Source: Planctomycetota bacterium (lineage in GTDB: Bacteria; Planctomycetota; JAJSAM01; JAJVHW01). From it: a stretch of DNA of 64,000 nt. The stretch is taken from NCBI GenBank assembly GCA_024280885.1, contig JAJRPF010000020.1, positions 24,697 through 88,696 of the forward strand. The letters run 5' to 3'. Position 1 is the stretch's first letter. The number at the start of each line of letters is the position of its first letter. Positions 9,856 through 20,600 of the stretch are shown piece after piece. A model generated the notes under the pieces. It was not told where the DNA came from. It saw only the letters and a program-made list of their open reading frames with translations, and searched no databases. Position numbers and translations under genes: made by a program.

Positions 9856-11691
9856 GTGACACGTATTGTGCTCCGGGTCGGCGGTCTGCTTGCGGCGTGC
9901 CTACTCGGTGTCTTTGCGAGTCGGATACTCGGGCTCGACTGGTGGGTCGCTGCCCCTGCGGCCGCCGCGTGGTGGCTCATCCTCTCCGGGTCGGCGGGGC
10001 TCCTTCGAGCCCGCGTTACAGTGTATCGCCTGCGACACGAAGGGCCCAATGGACGCACCGCACGCGCGCTGTGCGCCGTGGCGGCGCTGGAAGACGTGGC
10101 GACTGGTGCGGCCGGGTTCACAGTGACAAGCGGCCGTTTGGCGGTGCTGGAGCACGTCGTCTTTCTGGGCCCGGCGCTGGGTCCGCGCCGGGGGGCCGTG
10201 CGCGATCGGCTCGGGGCGGCGATCCGGTCGGAGATCCAACGCTCGACGCCGCGCGCGCGCGCAGACGTCATCGCGGGCCTCGTTGCCGTTGTCGATGCCG
10301 CGGAGCGCGCGCTCTCGGCCCCGCTGGACGCGCTCTATCTCTCCGCCCCGACGATCTTGGCACGCCTCCGGATGGATACGCGCCGCCCGATCACGTCGGC
10401 GCGCCTGGCGGCGATCCTCTCGCGCCGCGACGCCGTCGTGCTCGCCGAGAGTCGGTCGTGGTCCAGGCGCCGCGCGCTCTACGATCCGCGGCACCCCGAG
10501 CAGGCGCTCGCCGTCCGGCTCCTCGCCGCGGGGTTTGGCAAAGCAGCGCTCGACGTGCTGCGGCTCGCGCCCGAAGGCGGGCGCGTGGATCGATTGCGTC
10601 GCCTGGCACGCAGTTGCTCGCTCCTGGCCGATGCCGATTCACGCGGCCTGCTCTCCCTGCCGCCGGCGGTTGTCGCCCGCTGGCATGCCGAACTGCTGTT
10701 GCTCGCCGGGCGGCGTCTGCCCGACCTGTCCCCGGACTCGCAGCTCATGAAGATCGTGCCCGGGGGCGCCGCCACGCTGGAGCGGGCGGTTGCGCGCACG
10801 CCCATCGCTGTCGCCGAGTTCGCAGAGCTTGCCCGGTCGTACCCGGAACTGCAGCGCTCCATTGCCACAGTGGTCGCGCGCATCGTCGGCTGGCCGATCG
10901 GGAGCGTGGTCACGGCGATGCGCGAGAGAACGCTGTCGGCGCGCCCCGACGCCGCATTGCGTTCGCATCTGCGCGGGCTCGCGCTGATCGAAGAACGGCG
11001 GGCTTCCGAGGCCGCGGCCGAGTTCGAGGCAGCCCTTTCGCAGGCGCCCGACTTCGCACAGGCGGCATTCGCCCTCGCGACGATGCGGCGCCAAGCGGGG
11101 GATGCCGCCGGCGGAGAGAGCGTGCTGCGTGCGCTCGTGGATCGGCGTGCCACCGAACCCGAGCCGCTGCTCTTCCTGGCTCGCTATCTCTCCGCGATCG
11201 GCGAGCGCGAGCGCGCGCGGGCGGCGTTCGAGTCCGGTGTCCGGCGCTTCCCCGAGTACGTTCCGCTGCGCGTCGCCTTCGCGCAGGAGCTTGTCGCGTG
11301 GGGCTGCGGCGCCGAGGCCGCAACGCAGCTTGACGCAGCGCGTCGCGACCATCCCGACGAGCCGCGTCTGGCCCTGATGGCGGGGCGTACCCTCGCGGCC
11401 GAATCACGCCTTGACGATGCCGCTCGCGCGCTCGAGAAGGCCGCGCGCGGGCTCTCGGGACGCGAACGTGCCGAGGCGTGGTTCTGGCTCATGGGCGTGC
11501 GTCGGGAGCAGGGCGACCACACGACAGCGGAACGCATCGCGCGGCGCCTGATCGGCGCTCTCGGCGCCGGCCAGACCAGCCAGTTGGACGACGTCGCGGA
11601 CTACCTCGAGGAGCGCCACGACTTCCTTCGCGCACGCGAAGCCGCCGAGCGTGCGCGCCGTCTCCGCGGAAGCGGCGACGGCGCTTTCTAG
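9856..11691 (+). CDS. Membrane protein with N-terminal transmembrane helices and C-terminal TPR repeats
   Basis: GTG start. Two or three hydrophobic segments (LLAACLLGVFASRILGLDWWVAAPAAAAWWLILSGSAGLL). TPR-like helical repeats over the last ~250 aa. The overlapping 9726..11333 frame is Arg-rich junk. Confidence 0.55.
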   Translation: MTRIVLRVGGLLAACLLGVFASRILGLDWWVAAPAAAAWWLILSGSAGLLRARVTVYRLRHEGPNGRTARALCAVAALEDVATGAAGFTVTSGRLAVLEHVVFLGPALGPRRGAVRDRLGAAIRSEIQRSTPRARADVIAGLVAVVDAAERALSAPLDALYLSAPTILARLRMDTRRPITSARLAAILSRRDAVVLAESRSWSRRRALYDPRHPEQALAVRLLAAGFGKAALDVLRLAPEGGRVDRLRRLARSCSLLADADSRGLLSLPPAVVARWHAELLLLAGRRLPDLSPDSQLMKIVPGGAATLERAVARTPIAVAEFAELARSYPELQRSIATVVARIVGWPIGSVVTAMRERTLSARPDAALRSHLRGLALIEERRASEAAAEFEAALSQAPDFAQAAFALATMRRQAGDAAGGESVLRALVDRRATEPEPLLFLARYLSAIGERERARAAFESGVRRFPEYVPLRVAFAQELVAWGCGAEAATQLDAARRDHPDEPRLALMAGRTLAAESRLDDAARALEKAARGLSGRERAEAWFWLMGVRREQGDHTTAERIARRLIGALGAGQTSQLDDVADYLEERHDFLRAREAAERARRLRGSGDGAF

Positions 11692-11742
11692 CGCAATCCC
11701 GCACGCGCTCGTGCCGCGTCAAGCCGGAACTCCACGCGCCGA

Positions 11743-13029
11743 TCAGCGCGAACGCAGGTACGCGTGCGCTGCCGCCGCGCGCAGGCTCTGTGTCGTCAGG
11801 TCACGACCGGGCATGCCCTCGCGATCCTTCATCGCTGCTGCTGCATCGACCGCCTTCTTGAAGCGCGGATCGCGCGCCAGCCCCCGGCGGGCCACTTCGT
11901 TCAGAAGGTCAACGGCCATCTCGCCGTCGCCCTTCATTGCGTTGATGACCTCCGTGGCCAGCAATGCGGCGGCCGCGGCTGTGCGGTCGTTGTCGCCGAG
12001 GACCCACAGCGCATACGTGGCCGTGTCCGGGTCGAGGTCCGGATCCTTGGCGAGCCAGCCCTCGATCAGTGCGCGCGCGTCGGCGGCGCCGGGGCCACTG
12101 CGGTAGATCTCGACCAGCGAGTTGCAAGCCGCTGTGAACTCGAACTCCGCGTTCCCTTCGGCCAGCGCCTTCGCGACGCTCCGCCTGATGTACGGAACCG
12201 CGTCCGTGGCGCCCTCGACCGCAAAGCCGTCGATGATCTCCCAACCGCTGGCGTCACCGTCGACGAGCGCATCGGCGGCCTCTCCGCCACGCGCGTCGTT
12301 CGTCATGAGCATGGCGACGACGGCGGTCGCGCGGACCATGTCGTCGTTCTCGGCGTCGCCCGCGATGTCGGAAAGATGTTCGGCCGCCGCCGGACTGCGG
12401 CGCTTCGCGAGTGTCTCGAGCGCCATCATAGCGACCTCGTCATCGAAGCTGATCGTCAGTCGTGCGAGCAGTCGCTCGGCGTCCCCCCGCTGCGCGCCCT
12501 CGATGCGAGAGAGCGCCGCCGCCAGGTGGGGCACCTCTTCCTCTTCGTCGATGAGCACGCGCGCGAGGTCGAGTGCCGTGGACGCGACACTCTGGTCGCC
12601 CGACGCGAGCAGCATCTCCAACCCGAGTGCGGCCGCGTCCGGGTCGTCGTACTCGCCGTCGGTCTGTGCGAGGAGTTCGATGCGGATCGCATCAAGGGCG
12701 GCCTTGTTCTTCAACTCGACGAGGTAGAGCAGCGTGTTGCGCGAAGCCTCGCTCGCCTCGAGTTCACCCATGACGGAGCTCAGCACGCGCTCTGCCTCGG
12801 CGTCGGTGAGTGGCGGTGCGTCCGGCAGCTTCGGCGCCTGGATGCGCGGCGGCACCTGGCGCGGAGTGCGCTCTCGGTTGCGGTCGCTGCCCGAGTCCGT
12901 CTTCGCGCTCGTGACAGCCCCCTGTGAGCCGTCGGTCTCCTCGGCATCGTCACCACAACCCGCGAGCGGCAGCGCCAGGGCGGCGGCGAGCGGAAGAACG
13001 AGGAAGAGGGGGGAAGCGGAACGCCGCAT
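11743..13029 (-). CDS. Lipoprotein with HEAT/ARM-like helical repeats
   Basis: MRRSASPLFLVLPLAAALALPLAGC signal peptide with LAGC lipobox. Repeated helical hairpins (HEAT-like) through the body. Confidence 0.6.
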   Translation of the reverse strand: MRRSASPLFLVLPLAAALALPLAGCGDDAEETDGSQGAVTSAKTDSGSDRNRERTPRQVPPRIQAPKLPDAPPLTDAEAERVLSSVMGELEASEASRNTLLYLVELKNKAALDAIRIELLAQTDGEYDDPDAAALGLEMLLASGDQSVASTALDLARVLIDEEEEVPHLAAALSRIEGAQRGDAERLLARLTISFDDEVAMMALETLAKRRSPAAAEHLSDIAGDAENDDMVRATAVVAMLMTNDARGGEAADALVDGDASGWEIIDGFAVEGATDAVPYIRRSVAKALAEGNAEFEFTAACNSLVEIYRSGPGAADARALIEGWLAKDPDLDPDTATYALWVLGDNDRTAAAAALLATEVINAMKGDGEMAVDLLNEVARRGLARDPRFKKAVDAAAAMKDREGMPGRDLTTQSLRAAAAHAYLRSR

Positions 13030-13082
13030 GGGAGTCTCCGGGGTAGGGGAGTGGGATCGGGACCCCTCAATCTACGTCCCGC

Positions 13083-13187
13083 GGCGATACGGAGTCAGGA
13101 CAGTTTCGGCGGAGTTCGGTGGTTGACCCTCGCCATGTCGAAGCCGCTGCTCCGAACTCTGCCGAAACTGTCCTGGCTCCGCATCTC
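13083..13187. mobile_element. Copy A of a ~105-bp palindromic MITE-like repeat
   Basis: Imperfect terminal inverted repeats cgatacGGAGTCAGGACAgTTTCGGCgGAGTTCGG ... CCGAACTCTGCCGAAaCTGTCCTGGCTCCgcatc with a conserved central segment cgccatgtcgaRRccgctgct. It abuts the stop of the esterase gene at 13188. Confidence 0.75.
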
Positions 13188-14756
13188 TCAGCGCTTGCCG
13201 CTCGTCACGCCGGGCCAATCGTCGGTGCGGAACGGAGATGCCGGAAGACCCGCGGCGTTCTCGAGGTTGCACTCCGGATTGTCGGCCCAGGCGTAGCGCA
13301 CGGCGACCGGCTTGCGGATCTCGGGATGACTGCACACGACGGTGTCGCCGTCAACGCGCGCCGCCGCCCAACGGAACTTCCGGTCCTTGCCCGCGATCGC
13401 GAAGCCGATGAGTTCTTCGCCATCGCGACGTCGCAATCCGTCGGCGTGCGAGAACTCCAAGACGATCGACGAGCCTTTCACGCGGTGGCCGACCAGGCGC
13501 GGCCCGGAGAACTCCGGGACAGCGTCTGCGAGATCTGCTGCGTAGTCCTGCGCGAGTGCTGCGAGTGCGAGTCGGCGTCCGACCTCGGCCTTGTTGCGCG
13601 GATGGATGTTATTCGCCGCGCCGATGTCGATGGCGACGGCCATCGCGGTGTGGGGGAGTTCGAGTGCCGCCCGCTGCGCGTCGCGCAATTCCGCCCACGT
13701 ACTCTCCGCCGGCTCCGGCTTCACCGCGTGGAAGTTCGCGAGTTGCACGAAGTAGAAGCGCAGGTCCGGGCGTTCGAAGCCCTCGCGCCACGCCTCGATC
13801 ATGCGTGCGAAGAGTACGCGGTACTGCTCCGCGCGACTCGCGTTCGATTCGCCCTGATACCAGATGACGCCGCGCGCGCCGAAGCGCGCGATCGGAGCGA
13901 TCATCCCATTCCAGAGACCGGCGGCGCGATGCGGGTGCTGCGGCCCGCGCGGCGGTCCGGGCCGGCGCGGTGGCTTCTTGCCCGCGACCCGCGCCGCTTC
14001 CGCCGCCGTCTTCCACTTCGCAACGCGCGCGTCATACGCCTTCTTCGCGTTGGGCCAGTTCGCGAGCGCCTGCTCCCAGCGCGTCAGTATGGGAGCCAGC
14101 ACGGGCTCCTTCTGCGCGCTGTCATCGAGCGCCGAGAGCGGCGTCCAGGCCTCCGCTGGCGTGCCGCCCCAGGAGGAGTGGATCAACCCGACCGGTACGC
14201 CGAGTCGCGCGCGTAACTGCTTGCCGAAGTGATACGCGACCGCACTGAACCCGGGTACGGACTCCGGCGCCGCGAGCACCCACTTGCCCTTGACATCATC
14301 CGCCGGCTCGCCCATCACGCGGCGGGGGACGGTGAAGAGACGCAGTTCCGTGTCGCTTGCCGCCGCGATCGCCTCGTCCGCACCATCGGTCTGCCGCAGC
14401 GGCCATTGCATGTTGGACTGGCCCGAGCAGATCCAGACCTCGCCGACGCAGACATCTTGAAGCGTGAGCGTGTTCTTGCCGACGATCGCGAGCGAGAGAC
14501 CCGCAGCCGCGTCGAATGGCCCGAGTGTGACGCTCCACTTACCGTCGTCCGCCGCACGCGTCTTCTCGGTCTGCTCAGCGAACGTGACGCTGACCTCTTC
14601 GCCCGCATCCGCCGTGCCCCAGATCGCGACCTTCTCGTCGCGCTGCAGGACCATGTGATCGCCGAAGACCCCAGCGACCTCGACGTCCGCGCGCGCCGCC
14701 CCCGCAAGAACGCAGCACGCTGTCAGTACCCCCACCGCCGTCGCGTTGATCTTCAT
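13188..14756 (-). CDS. Sialate O-acetylesterase (SASA family, SGNH-like carbohydrate esterase)
   Basis: Signal peptide MKINATAVGVLTACCVLAGAARA. N-terminal beta-sandwich, then a GEVWICSGQSNMQ catalytic-Ser block and WYQGESN typical of the 9-O-acetylesterase family. Confidence 0.8.
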   Translation of the reverse strand: MKINATAVGVLTACCVLAGAARADVEVAGVFGDHMVLQRDEKVAIWGTADAGEEVSVTFAEQTEKTRAADDGKWSVTLGPFDAAAGLSLAIVGKNTLTLQDVCVGEVWICSGQSNMQWPLRQTDGADEAIAAASDTELRLFTVPRRVMGEPADDVKGKWVLAAPESVPGFSAVAYHFGKQLRARLGVPVGLIHSSWGGTPAEAWTPLSALDDSAQKEPVLAPILTRWEQALANWPNAKKAYDARVAKWKTAAEAARVAGKKPPRRPGPPRGPQHPHRAAGLWNGMIAPIARFGARGVIWYQGESNASRAEQYRVLFARMIEAWREGFERPDLRFYFVQLANFHAVKPEPAESTWAELRDAQRAALELPHTAMAVAIDIGAANNIHPRNKAEVGRRLALAALAQDYAADLADAVPEFSGPRLVGHRVKGSSIVLEFSHADGLRRRDGEELIGFAIAGKDRKFRWAAARVDGDTVVCSHPEIRKPVAVRYAWADNPECNLENAAGLPASPFRTDDWPGVTSGKR

Positions 14757-14785
14757 ATCACCAGGCTACGCGAGACCCGGAGACA

Positions 14786-14887
14786 TGGAGTTAGGACAAC
14801 TTCGGCAGAGTTCGGAGAGAGCCGTGGCGCTTGCGTTACCGATGCTCCGAACTCTGCCGAAGTTGTCCTGACTCCGTATCGCCGTAG
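14786..14887. mobile_element. Copy B of the palindromic MITE-like repeat
   Basis: ttaGGACAACTTCGGCAGAGTTCGGAG...gatgCTCCGAACTCTGCCGAAGTTGTCCtgactccgtatcgcc. It lies in the divergent intergenic region between the esterase start (14756) and the BNR gene. Confidence 0.75.
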
Positions 14888-15012
14888 AAAACAAAATCGC
14901 GAACTCTCCGACGCAAGAGGGAATAGGCTCGCAGGCGTGGATCCACTGCGTGAGTTGGCGTGCAACGAAGTGCTCCGACTCCTTGCGGGATGCGCCAACG
15001 GCGCGATCAGAA

Positions 15013-17013
15013 ATGGTGCGATCGGAGGGTCCGGTGGATCGAACATCACGAGCCAAGTCGGTGTTGGTCTCGGCAGCGTTGGTTGCACTCGCTGTGGCCA
15101 CGTGCGCGATGCCGGCGATCTCCTTTGGGCACACGACCGACTGGGTCCCGGATGGCACGTTCGATGCCGCGGTCCGACGCGTTCGAGCTTCAGGTGCCAC
15201 GATCTGGGCGTGTTCTTCCACGTCCGGCCTCTTCACGTCGCCCACGGGATCGGAAGTGTGGACGTCATCCGGTGCGGGCGGAGCGGCGCCGTTCACGGCT
15301 TGGGATTGCGACGCGTCCGTCCCTGCGACCATGCTGGCGGCCGATCACCGGAGTCTCTATCGCTCGACGGATGGCGGGGGCTCGTGGACTTCGTGCGATT
15401 GGGCGACTGATCAGGACGCGCGGGTCCTGGACATCATGTTCCATCCCGCGACGTCTGGCCTCGTCTACATCGGGACCGATCGCGGCGTGTACAAGAGCGT
15501 GGACTCCGGGGTGTCCTGGACGCATCTGACCGCGGGCGCCGGCAGTGTCACGGTGACCTCTGTTGCCGGAGATCCGTCCGACAGCAGCGTCGTCATCGTC
15601 GCGTCCGCGAATGGTCCATACAAGAGCACCGATGGTGGTGCGACGTTCGTTCTGTGCGTCACCGGTCTCCCGGAGCCGGTGGTGCTGGAAGTGCAATTCG
15701 TGAGCGCATTGTCCGGTGTCGTCCTGGCTGGCACGGGGCAGGGGGTGTACCGCTCACGCGACGGCGGTCGGAGCTGGGCACCTGCATCTGGCGGTCCGAC
15801 GGGGACAGTCACCGACTTCGCGGAGCATGGGACGGGCTCGCTGTTCGCCACCTCGATCGGCGGTGGCGGGGTGTATCGCTCCAGCACTGGCGGCAGTTCC
15901 TGGACACGCGTGCGCGCAGGCGACGCTCTGAGCGTCTGCGTCACTGGTGCAGGCGATCTCATCGCGGCGCTCTCCGACGGTGCGATGGCCAGGTCCACGA
16001 ATCAAGGCTCCAGTTGGTCGTCGATCGCAGCGCCTGGGAGCGCGGGTTGCACAGGCCTGTCGGCTAATTTCGGTATCGGCGACGAAGTGTATGCCGTCAT
16101 TCGGGATCGGGCGCAGCGTGACTCCGCGCTGTGGAAGCGCGACGGCGCCACCTCGATCTGGACCGAGGTCGCTACCGGGCACGAAGCCGGTGACGGTCCT
16201 GCAAGAGTCGCATGCAGTCGACGGGCTTCGGAGGAGGTGTGGGTTCTCGCAGGCGGGTCTCATTTTGGCACGGGCACCTTGGATTGTCGGCGCTCCGTCG
16301 ATGCTGCGTCGAGTTGGAGGTCTTCCGGTTGGAGCAGGGGTTTCTGTGTGCCACACGCCATCGCCACGTCGAGTAACGACGCCCTGGTGACGCTCGCCGC
16401 GCGCCACGGTTCGGGCATGCCGTGGATCAACTCCACGCTGGGCCTGAGTGGAAGCGACGGGAATGGAGGTGTCGCGTGGGCGGACGTGACCCCCAGACTT
16501 GCCGGGGTCGTCCTGCACCTCAACGATGTCGAGATCCGTGGCGGGACGACGCAGCAACTCTGGGCGGCAGGCGGTACCGTGTTGGACACGAACGGCGCTT
16601 CCGACACTTCCTGGGCGGTCGTCAGGTCGGACGACGATGGAGTCGGGTGGACCGATGTGAGCCCAGCCGGTGTCGGGTCGGCGGTGCTCTGCGTCAGTCA
16701 CGACGGCGACGATGGTGCGCGTGTACTGGTTGGAACCATGTCCAACGGGGTTCAGTTCAGCGGGGACAACGGATCGACGTGGCAGACTCGGGGTCTCACC
16801 AACACGACGGTTCACGATCTCCACGTGACCACCGCCGGACGCTGCTACGCAGCCACAAGTGCCGGGCCGTTCTATTCCGACGATTGGGGGCAGAACTGGT
16901 CGGCGCTCGGCGCGGCGCTGGACGGCAAGCCCGTAACTTCGATCGTCGCGTCAGGAGACCACGTGTACGCGGGCGTCAACGGGCGTGGCGTCTGGTCGAT
17001 TGACTCCCCATAG
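15013..17013 (+). CDS. Secreted BNR/Asp-box repeat beta-propeller protein
   Basis: About 10 Asp-box motifs (STDGGGSWT, SVDSGVSWT, STDGGATF, SRDGGRSWA, STGGSSWT, STNQGSSWS, SVDAASSWR, SDDDGVGWT, SGDNGSTWQ, SDDWGQNWS). Hydrophobic signal-like segment after M22 (15013); alternative start 14950. Confidence 0.7.
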   Translation: MVRSEGPVDRTSRAKSVLVSAALVALAVATCAMPAISFGHTTDWVPDGTFDAAVRRVRASGATIWACSSTSGLFTSPTGSEVWTSSGAGGAAPFTAWDCDASVPATMLAADHRSLYRSTDGGGSWTSCDWATDQDARVLDIMFHPATSGLVYIGTDRGVYKSVDSGVSWTHLTAGAGSVTVTSVAGDPSDSSVVIVASANGPYKSTDGGATFVLCVTGLPEPVVLEVQFVSALSGVVLAGTGQGVYRSRDGGRSWAPASGGPTGTVTDFAEHGTGSLFATSIGGGGVYRSSTGGSSWTRVRAGDALSVCVTGAGDLIAALSDGAMARSTNQGSSWSSIAAPGSAGCTGLSANFGIGDEVYAVIRDRAQRDSALWKRDGATSIWTEVATGHEAGDGPARVACSRRASEEVWVLAGGSHFGTGTLDCRRSVDAASSWRSSGWSRGFCVPHAIATSSNDALVTLAARHGSGMPWINSTLGLSGSDGNGGVAWADVTPRLAGVVLHLNDVEIRGGTTQQLWAAGGTVLDTNGASDTSWAVVRSDDDGVGWTDVSPAGVGSAVLCVSHDGDDGARVLVGTMSNGVQFSGDNGSTWQTRGLTNTTVHDLHVTTAGRCYAATSAGPFYSDDWGQNWSALGAALDGKPVTSIVASGDHVYAGVNGRGVWSIDSP

Positions 17014-17222
17014 CCCGGACCATTCATGAGGGGCGCGTGACCTCTGCGCCGCGCGGGCGCTGACGTGCGTTCGGCGGGCCTGCCGCGCGACATGCCACGA
17101 CGAGACGATGAGGGAGATCCTTGGCGGCCGCCGCGATGCGAATGCCGCGTTCCGCGACTTGAGGTGAGGGGCTGGCCCGGCACGTCCGGTTCACGGAGCG
17201 CGTCCTCGGCGTCGCCGCGCGA

Positions 17223-17477
17223 TCAGTAGATCTCGCGGTAGTAGTCCGTCTCGCCGTGACCGAGTTCGTCGTTCAACAGGCTTTGCTGGCTGCGGTGTCT
17301 GACGTCCGCGGCGAAGCCGCCGAAGATGAACGCGCCGACGACGATCGGTACGACCACGATCGTCTTGCCGACGGTCGCTGGGAGCGAGTCGTCGGACTGG
17401 TACTCCAGCGACGTGCACGCAGGCAGGAAGGCGACCGCGAAGGCCATCACGAGGGCTGAGAGGCGTGCCGAGGGCAT
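17223..17477 (-). CDS. Small lipoprotein (hypothetical)
   Basis: MPSARLSALVMAFAVAFLPAC lipobox, followed by a hydrophobic segment. 84 aa, weak evidence. Confidence 0.35.
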   Translation of the reverse strand: MPSARLSALVMAFAVAFLPACTSLEYQSDDSLPATVGKTIVVVPIVVGAFIFGGFAADVRHRSQQSLLNDELGHGETDYYREIY

Positions 17478-17657
17478 GCGGCATGTCGCGGGGCGAGTGC
17501 TCGTTCGCATCGCATCATTGTCGCGCGCGAAGCGCGAGAGGGGACCCCTGTTCTCGAAAACTCGGCGTCAGCGCGGTTTCGTGACTCCCACGACACGTGG
17601 AGTGGCTCCGTCTCGTTCCAGCGCGCGCCCGGGGATCGACGCCAGCCCCGCGGCGCC

Positions 17658-20600
17658 TCAGCGTGCGCGGTACTCGATCTTCGCCTGCTCGGCGTCGTCG
17701 ATGCCTTTGCACCAGGCGATGAAGCCGTCGTATTGCTCCGCCGTGTAGCGGGCTGGCTGGAGGTGTCGTTCGCGGCGCACGGTCAGGGTGGTGCCGACGA
17801 GTCGGTAGGTGAGTGAGTACGTGCCGAGTTCGCTCACGGCCAGGTGATCCGCGGGGAGGTGGGCGATCTCGAAGGCGTCGCCCAACTCGACGGTGTACCC
17901 GTCCATGTTGTCGTCACGCACGTTCAGGATCAGGTCGTAGACGCGCTCGGGGCGGTGGACGTAGGTGCCCGTCATATTCGAACTCGGCAGCCCGAGTCCC
18001 GCGACGAAGCGATCGCTCTGCGGCGAGAGGTACTGCGGCATCGTGCCCTTCAGGTGGATCGTGAGCGGCTCGCCGCGCGTCTCCACTCCGGGGAACGCGA
18101 AGTCCGAGAGAGTCGGGCTTGCGAAGTAGCCGGAGAGTTGCCCCTCGGCGAACTTGCGGCGGTCATCCTGCGGCATCTCTTCTAGACGTCGCTTGAAACC
18201 GAAGCCGCCGCCGCTGCGGTAGACGACATCGCCGGCGACCGCTGTTGACTCGGCGTCGGCGCCGAGCGTGATCGTGAACTGCGCGCTGTTGTCCATGCGC
18301 CCGCCGCCCGCGGGAAGGACGATGATCTCGCCACCGTCGGCCGACGCGAGGAACGCGTAGCTGCCGCGATACCCGACCGGGACCAGCCCGAAGGGGGCGT
18401 GGCGTGCGCCCATGAATAACGGGATCGGCGCGGCGTCGCTCGGTCGCAGGTAGAGGAACGGCGCATTGAAGACCGACGAGGTCGGTCGCGTGAGATCACG
18501 CGCGTGGCCCCGCCATGCCATGGCGCGGCCCAGCGTGTAGGGGACGCCTGCCTCGCGGATCATGGCCTCGAAGAGCTGCCCGCGATCGCCGGCCTTCTCG
18601 AGCAGGATGGCTGCCGCGCTGCCGCCCATGCCGAACTCGCCCGTGATCTCTGTGTTCACGAAATCGAAGATCGCGCGCAGCTTTGCGCTGTCGCCCATCT
18701 CCGGTGCGACCACGCGCCCGACCGCTTCGCGCAGGATGGGGCTTGTTCGCGAGTCGTCGCGTCCCGCGAGCAACTCCCAGTTCGCATCGTCCATCGACGG
18801 CGCAGGGGAGTAGTCCACGTAGGGCACGATCTCTTCCTTCTCCGGCATGCCCTGTTCCCACTCGATGCGGGGCATGTCACGCTGCTCGAAGATGGTCGCG
18901 ACCTTGCCGTCGAACTCGACGACCTCGGTGTCGGCCTCGTAGTTGCGCTTCTCGTACGCGGGAACATTGTCGGCGTCGGCGATCACGACGTAGCGCGAGT
19001 GCAGCACCGGATTCGGCTCCTTCCGGAATTCGAAGTCCTGGAAGAAAAACTGCCCGGCCTCGAAGCCCTTGCGTCCCGCGCGCTGATGGACGAGGAAGCG
19101 ATGCTCGATGATCACACCGGGCACCAACCCCTCCATGTTGTAGTTGCGTCCGCGGAGGCCGGTCGGCTTCATGACCTTGCCGTCGGGCAGGATCGCGCGG
19201 ATGCCGAGCAACTCGCCGGAGTTCGAGACGTCGCCGTACTTCTGGACGCCCTTCTCGTTCATGATCTTGTAGAGCATGTGCACGATCGTGCTTGCCGAAC
19301 CGTCCGGATGCACGGTGACGACGGAGTGGTCGAGCAGAGTGATCGCGACGGCCTTCGGGTACGCCTTCTTCAACTCCTCGTCGGTGGGGAGCTCCGCGAT
19401 GATCTGCTCGACGTTCGGCTCCCAGCGCTGCGCGAAATCCTCCACGCCGCCGCGAAGCCTGGTCAGCGAGCGCCAGAGTCGCGGCTGATACCCGCGGAGC
19501 GCCAGACTGCGCTCGTAGGCCGTGATCGCCTCGTCGGTCTTGCCCTGCAACTCCAGGATCTCGCCCTCTTCGCGCGGGTTCGTCTCTTCGTCCGGGACGA
19601 GCAGCGCGAGCCCGCGCCAGATGGCGAGGCTCTCGTCGAGCCGGCCCAGATTGCGCAGGATGCCAGCCTTCTGTCGGCGATAGCCGAGTGACGCCTGCCA
19701 ACGATCGGAGAGTTCCTGGATCGCGGCGAGTGCCTCGTCGTCCTTGCCCCGTGCGCGCAGGTTGCGGATCAGCTGGCTGAGCGCCGTCGAGTCTCCGGCG
19801 TTGATATCGATCAGCCGCCGCATGCGCTTGGCGTGCTGCTCGTTGTTGCCGTATTGCTTGTCGTAGGCGGCGAGGAAGCGGATCGGTGTGGCGCTATTCG
19901 GTGCGATGGAGAGCGCGGCCTCGGCCGCGGCGATCGCCTCGCGCTCCCAGGTGCGTGCCTTCGAGATCTCGGCGATCGCCATCCAGGCCATGGCCGTCGG
20001 ATTCTTCGCGACGTACTCCTGCAGCGCGTTGACGGCGGCGTCGGGTCGGTCGTCGTCGTTCTCGTAGCGTGCGAGGCGCAGCGTCGCGGAGTGATGGTCC
20101 GGAAACGCGGCCAACGCGGCCTTGAAACTCGCCTTCGCGCGCAGCTTGCGCTGGATCGGTGGCAGTTCGCTGAACGTCGCGAGAAAGCGCCCGTACGCGG
20201 CGAGCAGGTTTGCCTGCACGGTCTTGTCGAGTGCGGGCGCCGCTGCTGCGGCTTGCACGAAGAGCGTGTAGGCCTGCCACTCGCGGCCTTCGTCCGAGAG
20301 CAGGAGTGCCGCTGCGGCTGCAGCTTGCGCGTCGCCTGAGGTGGCGGCAATGGCCGCTCCTCGCTCCGCTGCGGTCTTGAACGTGCGCGCGTCCGGGGCG
20401 CCCATCGACTTCGGTTCGGCGGCGGTCATCAGCGGATCACCGGCCTCGATGTCGAGTACGGCGGCACCGGTGGCGACGTCGGCGAGCTTGACGGCGAAGC
20501 GACCGCCTCCGGCGATCTTCACCAGGATGCGGTTCCAGCCGGCCTCGAGGCGTGCCGTGGTCCATACGGGACTCGGGACGCGATCCTGCTCGCGGTCTGC

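Noticed and set aside
15013-17013. Calling the BNR-repeat protein a sialidase
   Set aside because: Asp-boxes alone are not diagnostic. No RIP/Arg-triad or nucleophile Tyr context was recognisable by eye.
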